Source: a virus | Virus record (IMG/VR): IMGVR_UViG_3300012210_000003 | Length of the DNA: 47,261 nucleotides | Reading direction: 5' to 3' (one strand) | Shown: positions 42,256-47,261 of the stretch, piece by piece | Layout: each line of letters starts with the position of its first letter | Position numbering within the stretch: position 1 is the stretch's first letter | Program-made: the position numbers and the translations under genes | The notes under the pieces: model-generated | What the model saw: only the letters and a program-made list of their open reading frames with translations | Database searches by the model: none | What the model was told of the DNA's origin: nothing

Positions 42256-43523
42256 AGCGCATCGACAAGCTCACCCCCGAGCAGGAAGCCCAGATGGCCC
42301 CCCACGCAGCAAAGTGGATCGCCATCGGCCAACAAACCGGCGAAGCCGACTGGGACCGCTTCACCGACGGCGCCCGCCGCTGCTACGGCTACGCCGGACT
42401 CGACTGGCACAACAACGTCGTCCGGGTAGCGGACCCGCTCATCCTGTCGCTGGCCGCCCCGATCGCGGCGTCTCTGATCCAGCGCGCCGAGCGCCAGCTC
42501 GGCGCCGTCGCGGTGGGCGGCGCGGTGGGCGTCGCGGTGGGCGGCGCGGTGGGCGGCGCGGTGGACGTCGCGGTGGGCGGCGCGGTGGGCGACGCGGTGG
42601 GCGACGCGGTGGGCGACGCGGTGGGCGGCGCGGTGGACGTCGCGGTGGGCGGCGCGGTGGACGTCGCGGTGCGCGTCGCGGTGGACGTCGCGGTGCGCGT
42701 CGCGGTGGGCGACGCGGTGCGCGGCGCGGTGGACGGCGCGGTGGGCGGCGCGGTGCGCGTCGCGGTGGACGGCGCGGTGGACGGCGCGGTGGGCGACGCG
42801 GTGGACGGCGCCCGAAACGCGATCCTCAACCAGTGGTACTACAGGCTCGGTGGCCAGTGGTGGGTGTCCTGGCAGGCCTGGACCTCGTTCTTCCGCGAGG
42901 TGTGCGGCCTCGACCTACCTGGTGACCTGTGGGACCGCGACAAGGCCTACGCCGACGCCCAGTCGTCGGCTGGCTGGTGGTGGCCGCACCGCCGTTTCAC
43001 CATGGTCTGCGACCGGCCGCGCGTGCTGCACCTGGAACAGGTCGGGCCGGCCGGCTGGGGTTCGCACCGCCTGCACTGCGCTGACGGCCCGGCGATCGCA
43101 TGGTCCAGCGGCTGGGGCCTGCACTACTGGCACGGCACCCGCGTCCCCGCGGACCTGATCGAGGGCGACGGGTGGTCCACCGAGCGGATCCTGCGGGAGG
43201 AAAACCAAGAGGTGCGCCGGTGCGCGATCGAACGCATCGGGTGGGACGTGTTCATCGACCGGGCCGGTCTGCGACCGGTCGGCGCGTCCGTGCCCGACCC
43301 TGGTAACGAGGGCAACAACTTGTGCCTCTACGACGTGCCTGAACAGATTTATGACGAACCGGTCCGGGTGTTGTTGTGCACCAACGGGTCTCCCGAGCGG
43401 GACGGCACACGCCGCCGGTTCGGGCTGACGGTGCCGGCTGAGATCTCCGATCCGATCGTCGCGGCGGCGTGGACCTACGACTGGCCTGTCGCCGCGTACC
43501 GCCAGCTTGCCCGGCGCGCGTGA
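42252..43523 (+). CDS. repeat-containing protein: N-terminal domain, (V-x-x-A)25 tetrapeptide array, Trp-rich C-terminal domain (DUF6745-like, from memory)
   Basis: GTGA-coupled start, in frame with track ORF 41976..43523. C-terminal blocks include WWWPHRRF, LHCADGPAIAW..GWGLHYWHGTRVP and ENQEVRRCAIERIGW. Confidence 0.8.
   Translation: MKRIDKLTPEQEAQMAPHAAKWIAIGQQTGEADWDRFTDGARRCYGYAGLDWHNNVVRVADPLILSLAAPIAASLIQRAERQLGAVAVGGAVGVAVGGAVGGAVDVAVGGAVGDAVGDAVGDAVGGAVDVAVGGAVDVAVRVAVDVAVRVAVGDAVRGAVDGAVGGAVRVAVDGAVDGAVGDAVDGARNAILNQWYYRLGGQWWVSWQAWTSFFREVCGLDLPGDLWDRDKAYADAQSSAGWWWPHRRFTMVCDRPRVLHLEQVGPAGWGSHRLHCADGPAIAWSSGWGLHYWHGTRVPADLIEGDGWSTERILREENQEVRRCAIERIGWDVFIDRAGLRPVGASVPDPGNEGNNLCLYDVPEQIYDEPVRVLLCTNGSPERDGTRRRFGLTVPAEISDPIVAAAWTYDWPVAAYRQLARRA
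42501..42812 (+). repeat. 12-bp tandem array GTG-GNC-GNC-GCG, 25 units plus one degenerate leading unit
   Basis: Counted directly. Units start at 42513 and are in frame. Only codon 2 (GGC/GAC/CGC) and codon 3 (GGC/GTC/GAC) vary. Confidence 0.95.
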
Positions 43524-43561
43524 GCGCCGGGTATTTCCCAACAATAGAAGGAGATACCAAA

Positions 43562-43960
43562 GTGCGAACGGTTGCTCAACTCATCGCCGCCACGGGTGTC
43601 GAGGTGCTGGAGTACCTCGACCGGCAGGCGAGCGTCCCGGTGCTGCGGCAGCCGCAGATCCAGGGCGACATCTCGATTCTGCCGGTCACCACGAAGGCGG
43701 CGACGCGGCCGATCCCGCAGGGCGGTGTGGTCGTGGCGACCGGTCGCGGTGGCCACGACCACCGGCTGATGCCCGGGGGGTTTTTCGATGTGGCGCCGGT
43801 CCGTTCGGGTTCGCTGCGGATCGGGACGCTGACTGTGCCGGAGGCCGGCGAGGTGTTCATGGCGCATGACGAGCACGGGTTTATGGGGTTCGGTCCGGGG
43901 ACGTATGCGATCGGGCGGCAGCGTGAGCAGGCCGATGTGATCCGCGAGGTCGCGGACTAG
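43562..43960 (+). CDS. hypothetical protein (132 aa)
   Basis: GTG 43562 is preceded by GAAGGAGA in an A/T-richer spacer. In frame with track ORF 43469..43960. Confidence 0.7.
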   Translation: MRTVAQLIAATGVEVLEYLDRQASVPVLRQPQIQGDISILPVTTKAATRPIPQGGVVVATGRGGHDHRLMPGGFFDVAPVRSGSLRIGTLTVPEAGEVFMAHDEHGFMGFGPGTYAIGRQREQADVIREVAD

Positions 43961-43969
43961 TCCCGTCTT

Positions 43970-44006
43970 GGTGGTCCGGCTGGTCTTCCCTACCAGCCGG
44001 ACCACC
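43970..44006 (+). terminator. Perfect 15-bp hairpin
   Basis: GGTGGTCCGGCTGGT-cttccct-ACCAGCCGGACCACC. Confidence 0.75.
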
Positions 44007-44031
44007 CCAGCCCCACGCCTGAGGAGTGTCC

Positions 44032-44322
44032 GTGCAGATCGAGTGGTCCGGTGTCGACGGTGTGGCCCGTCGCGGCGAGGTGTGGTGTCCCGGTCCGTCT
44101 GCGGACAGCGTGTGGGTGATCACCGACGAACCGTCGGAGGGTGAGGGCCGCGCGGTGTGCGTCGGCCTGGATGGCCAGCAGACCGCGCTACAAGCCCAGT
44201 GGTCACAGCAGGAGCACCACGACCTTGTCGCTCTGAAGCTTCCGGCGGCAGCGATGCTGTCGGCCCTCACCGGGCGCGGCGGCCAGTTGCGGGCGCGGAT
44301 CCACCTACACGACCTGTCCTGA
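44032..44322 (+). CDS. hypothetical protein (96 aa)
   Basis: GTG 44032 lies 5 nt after GAGGAG (track start 44026 is in the same frame). Confidence 0.65.
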   Translation: MQIEWSGVDGVARRGEVWCPGPSADSVWVITDEPSEGEGRAVCVGLDGQQTALQAQWSQQEHHDLVALKLPAAAMLSALTGRGGQLRARIHLHDLS

Positions 44323-44333
44323 GAGGACACAGC

Positions 44334-45059
44334 ATGACCGTCCGCATCCCCACGCACGAACTGGTCGGGCTGCTCACCGACCTGTCCCTCACCGCCGCAG
44401 ACACCGCCGACAGCGGCGCGACCGCCGGGATCCTGCTGCACACCGTCCGCGGCTACGACGGCGATGCACCCGGCAAGACGGACCTGCTCGTCGGCACGTC
44501 CACCAACCGCTTCACGGTCGGGCACAGCCACATGGTGTGCGCTGGCCAGATCGATCCGATGCTGTGGCTCATCGGTGACGTCAAAGCCGTCCTCGCCGTG
44601 CTCAAACCGCTGGGCAAGGACAAGGACCACGCGGTCGAGATCGGTGTCGAGGATGGGAAGATCGCGGTCGCTGAGGACCCGGACCTGTTCGGTGACCGAC
44701 TGAAGGTGACGTTCGCGGCCGGAGATCCGGGCGAGTTTCCGCATGCGGCGATTTGGGCTGTTCTGTCGCAGATTCAGATGTCGCCGAGCGCGACTGTCGG
44801 CGCGGACAGCGAGACCAAAGCGGCGCCGGCCGTGGCGGCGCGCACGGACTTCACGGCTGCCTATCTGAAGCCGATGTTGACGATCGCGGCCCGTCGTGGC
44901 GCGTTGGTGCAGGTGTTTCGGTATCACCAGCATTTGCCGGTGCATGTGCAGATCGGTGATGCGTATCGGGGTGTGGTGTTGCCGTTTGCTTGGCGGGACG
45001 AGGACAGGGCCGCTGGTGTGGCGCCGTCTGGTGACGTGTACCCGCTGGCGGTGCAGTGA
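44334..45059 (+). CDS. hypothetical protein (241 aa); weak resemblance to sliding-clamp-like folds, unverified
   Basis: ATG 44334 follows GAGAGGA. In frame with track ORF 44157..45059. Confidence 0.65.
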   Translation: MTVRIPTHELVGLLTDLSLTAADTADSGATAGILLHTVRGYDGDAPGKTDLLVGTSTNRFTVGHSHMVCAGQIDPMLWLIGDVKAVLAVLKPLGKDKDHAVEIGVEDGKIAVAEDPDLFGDRLKVTFAAGDPGEFPHAAIWAVLSQIQMSPSATVGADSETKAAPAVAARTDFTAAYLKPMLTIAARRGALVQVFRYHQHLPVHVQIGDAYRGVVLPFAWRDEDRAAGVAPSGDVYPLAVQ

Positions 45060-45646
45060 TGCCTTGGCGCGCACCCGCTACCGGCGGCACGAGCGCCCGG
45101 AAACTGACGGCGGAGTCGGTGGCGGAGATCCGGTCCCGCTGGGCGGCTGGCGGTGTCGAGCAGCGGCAGCTCGCCACCGAATACGGAGTGAGTTGCGGCC
45201 TGGTCACTGCGATCGTGCGCGGAGTCATCTGGAAGGAGGCATCCGGTCCGATCATGCCGCCCCGGCATCGGTCGGGTGTGCCGCACATCAAGGCGCGGCT
45301 GCCGGCTGAGATGGGTCCGTGTGTGGCATGCGGTCGCCAGCGGGTCAGGATTCGCGACTGGCGGGAAGATCCGGACGGGTGGCGAGCGCGTGGTTGCGTC
45401 AAGAACAACAGCCACGATCGGTGCAGCTCGTGCGCAGACAAGGCGCGTCGCGGTGACGTGAGCGTCGTGCGGCGGCGCGTGGTGGCGCCTCGGGTGGCTC
45501 GCCGTCCGGAACCGGTTGTGGTGAAGCAGCCGCTGCGCAAGCCGGTTCGCCGCCCGAGGCGGGCGCCGTTGTCGCCTGGCGAGTTGGTGCGGCTGCGGGC
45601 GCTGGTCGGGCTGCCAGCCGTGTTGCCAGAGGAGTTGGCGTCGTGA
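45056..45646 (+). CDS. HTH DNA-binding protein with basic C-terminal region
   Basis: N-terminal KLTAESVAEIRSRWAAGGVEQRQLATEYGVSCGLVTAIVRG, a homeodomain/resolvase-type HTH. Track ORF. Confidence 0.7.
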   Translation: MMPWRAPATGGTSARKLTAESVAEIRSRWAAGGVEQRQLATEYGVSCGLVTAIVRGVIWKEASGPIMPPRHRSGVPHIKARLPAEMGPCVACGRQRVRIRDWREDPDGWRARGCVKNNSHDRCSSCADKARRGDVSVVRRRVVAPRVARRPEPVVVKQPLRKPVRRPRRAPLSPGELVRLRALVGLPAVLPEELAS

Positions 45647-46842
45647 CCGCCCTGGCTGTTGCCCGGCACGACGGGACACCGGGCACCCTGCGGTCAGGCT
45701 CACTGTTCTCCGGCGTGGCTGGCCTGGACCATGCCGCCGCTGAGGTGTTCGGCGCGGAGCCAGCCTGGTTCTGCGACAACGACCCGGCGGCGCAGAAGGT
45801 GCTCATTCACCGCTACCCAGGTACGCCAGTGCTCGGAGACATCACCACGGTCGACTGGGACCAGGTCGAGCCGGTCGACCTCGTCACCGCAGGCTGGCCG
45901 TGTCAGCCGTGGTCGACGGCCGGACGACGAAGGGGCATTGAGGATGAGCGGGCACTCTGGCCGGAGGTGGCCCGTGCCCTTCGCGCACTACGACCCGGAG
46001 TTATTGCACTGGAGAACGTGGCTCGAATCGTTGCCGCTGGGGAACTTGAACGAGTCGCGGATATGTTGGCCGCTCTCCGGTATCGGTTCTGCTGGACTGT
46101 GCTGGGGGCTGACGAGGTCGGCGGATGCCATCGCCGCAATCGGTGTTTCATCGTCGCTGTTGCCGACACCCCGCGCGACGGACGGCACGAAGGGCGGCAC
46201 GAAGGGCGGCCCGAACCAGCGCGGCTCCAGCGGGGACCTGATGCTGCCTTCGGCGGTGGCGAAACTCTTGCCGACTCCGCAGGCACACGACGGCCGGGAC
46301 ACCTCGCCGGTGCTCCCGTCGATGGAGACGGCGCGGCTGCGGGTGTCGCAGGGCAAGTCCAACCTGGAGGACTCGATCGCGCTGCTGCCGACACCGAGAG
46401 CGGCCGACCGGCACGCGACGATGGGAGCACCCGGAGCGGCCCGGCACGTAGCGGCGGGGAACGGGTCACTCGTGGAAACGCTGGGTGTCCACCTTCTGCC
46501 TACTCCGACCGCACGGGATTGGAAGGGCGAGAACCAACGCCGGGACAGGAGCTGCCTGCCGGGGGCACTGCCTGGGGGATCTACACCGCCGCCATCCGAC
46601 GGTGGGAACGCGTCATCGGACGGTCAGCTCCTGTTCCCCGGGTGGCCGGACCCCAAGGTGGACTGAAACTCAACCCGGCGCTTCCCGAGTTCATGCAGGG
46701 CTTCCCAGCCGGCTGGATCACCGACGTGCCCGGCGTGACGGTGAACGACGCGTTGCGGCTGGCGGGGAACTCGGTCAACCCGATTCAGGCTGTCGCGGCG
46801 CTGCGCTGGTGTGCGGCTCAACTCATCGAGCGTGCAGCGTGA
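45643..46842 (+). CDS. dcm: DNA (cytosine-5)-methyltransferase; single open frame, but the central ~390 nt appear to code in the +1 frame
   Basis: In the track frame: FSGVAGLD (motif I), GWPCQPWS (IV), ALENV (VI), HRRNRCFIVA (VIII), then at the C-terminus WGIYTAAIRRWE and LAGNSVNP (X). The segment between is scrambled in this frame. Confidence 0.8.
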   Translation: MTALAVARHDGTPGTLRSGSLFSGVAGLDHAAAEVFGAEPAWFCDNDPAAQKVLIHRYPGTPVLGDITTVDWDQVEPVDLVTAGWPCQPWSTAGRRRGIEDERALWPEVARALRALRPGVIALENVARIVAAGELERVADMLAALRYRFCWTVLGADEVGGCHRRNRCFIVAVADTPRDGRHEGRHEGRPEPARLQRGPDAAFGGGETLADSAGTRRPGHLAGAPVDGDGAAAGVAGQVQPGGLDRAAADTESGRPARDDGSTRSGPARSGGERVTRGNAGCPPSAYSDRTGLEGREPTPGQELPAGGTAWGIYTAAIRRWERVIGRSAPVPRVAGPQGGLKLNPALPEFMQGFPAGWITDVPGVTVNDALRLAGNSVNPIQAVAALRWCAAQLIERAA

Positions 46843-46898
46843 CCGCGGGCATGGCTACGGCGCCCGACGTGGTGTCCGGGCGCCGCAAGGTAGAGAGG

Positions 46899-47078
46899 TC
46901 AGTCCTCGTCCGGACGCTTCGGCAGCTTGGCGCCCGGCTCGCGCACGTACCAAGCCAGCAGCTCGTTGACCACCTTGGCCCGGTCCATGCCGGCGCGGGC
47001 CGCAGCGAGCGCGGCAGCCGCCCAGCGGTCATCCGGGATGCGGACGCTGCGGTGCTGGGTCTTGGGCTGGTCGGGCAC
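46899..47078 (-). CDS. ribbon-helix-helix (CopG/Arc-like) DNA-binding protein (59 aa)
   Basis: VPDQPKTQHRSVRIPDDRWAAAALAAARAGMDRAKVVNELLAWYV... shows the beta-strand plus two-helix RHH pattern. GTG 47078 is the first start after an in-frame TAG. Below track cutoff. Confidence 0.7.
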   Translation of the reverse strand: MPDQPKTQHRSVRIPDDRWAAAALAAARAGMDRAKVVNELLAWYVREPGAKLPKRPDED

Positions 47079-47093
47079 GTGGTCAGGGTAGCT

Positions 47094-47162
47094 GGTGTAC
47101 GTACAGAAAGTCTACCGGAACCCTTGTGGTGTACGTACACCTTGCGATACGGTGTACGTACA
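47094..47162. promoter_or_regulatory. Three copies of GGTGTACGTACA, each containing the perfect 10-bp palindrome TGTACGTACA
   Basis: Palindromes at 47096-47105, 47130-47139 and 47153-47162 (the last equals 15-24). They lie between the divergent RHH gene and the gene starting at 48 (47186). Confidence 0.8.
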
Positions 47163-47261
47163 CCCCGAAGGACGGAGCAGCCGAAATGACCGTCACCGCC
47201 AAACCCCACAACCCCACTACCACCGACCCGTTCGCCCTGATCCCCGCAGCCGACGGCTACG
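47139..47261. repeat. Terminal overlap copy B (identical to 1-123)
   Basis: Same comparison. The offset between copies is 47,138 nt. Confidence 0.95.

Larger units (their letters stand above)
1..47138. mobile_element. Complete temperate siphovirus-type (HK97-fold) actinophage / excised prophage genome, one circular unit
   Basis: Full set of phage modules (terminase, portal, protease, capsid, tail, lysis, serine integrase, CI/Cro switch). The window ends overlap by 123 identical nt. Confidence 0.9.

Noticed and set aside
42501-42812. Regular short repeats that might be taken for a CRISPR array.
   Set aside because: The units are contiguous 12-mers with no spacers, lie in frame inside a CDS, and have no cas genes nearby.
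42134-42925. A 263-aa GGRRGGRR-repeat ORF (+) and a 146-aa PTAPSTAP-repeat ORF (42389..42829, minus strand) span the tandem array.
   Set aside because: They are other-frame and antisense readings of the same 12-bp repeat. The frame of 42252..43523 is supported by GTGA coupling and by non-repetitive conserved-looking domains on both sides.

Overview
The window is one complete, circularly closed copy of a high-G+C temperate siphovirus-type phage, or excised prophage, of an actinobacterial host. Bases 1-123 recur exactly at 47139-47261, so the unit length is 47,138 bp. Host type is inferred from a WhiB-like gene, frequent GTG starts and G/C-rich third codon positions. Genes are packed head-to-tail with 1- or 4-nt start/stop overlaps (ATGA/GTGA). 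I used these overlaps to re-set many starts relative to the ORF track and to recover about ten ORFs below the track's 60-aa cutoff.

Gene order:
- Early/recombination genes (48-7021): PD-(D/E)XK exonuclease, RecT-like protein, RusA, WhiB-like protein.
- Small and large terminase (7071-9070).
- A ~3.6-kb accessory island, mostly on the opposite strand (9309-12936). It holds an XRE regulator, a micro membrane peptide, a 5-gene coupled leftward operon headed by an excisionase-type HTH, and a T5orf172/GIY-YIG-like protein.
- HK97-type morphogenesis genes (12933-29733): portal, ClpP-like protease, capsid, connectors, two tail-tube paralogs, G/GT chaperones with a CCCTTTG -1 slippery site, tape measure, minor tail proteins.
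- Lysis cassette (29867-32971).
- Leftward lysogeny-side genes (33209-36079), including a membrane / DnaQ-exonuclease / membrane cassette.
- Large serine integrase (36165-37658).
- CI-like/Cro-like switch (38113-38883).
- A second early operon (38880-46842) ending in a C5 cytosine methyltransferase.
- A lone leftward ribbon-helix-helix gene with three TGTACGTACA palindromes at the circular junction.

No rRNA, tRNA or CRISPR array was recognised by eye.

Most interesting observations:
1. The terL-portal accessory island is a candidate prophage-encoded exclusion/defence or selfish cassette.
2. The methyltransferase ORF is open in one frame, but its central ~390 nt clearly code in the +1 frame (four LLPTP modules).
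3. A 25-unit, 12-bp in-frame tandem array encodes (V-x-x-A)n, with variation confined to the two middle codons.
4. A translationally coupled membrane-exonuclease cassette lies next to int.
5. A G11 tract sits in the promoter region of a repressor-linked membrane gene.

All functional calls rest on by-eye motif recognition and synteny. No searches were run.
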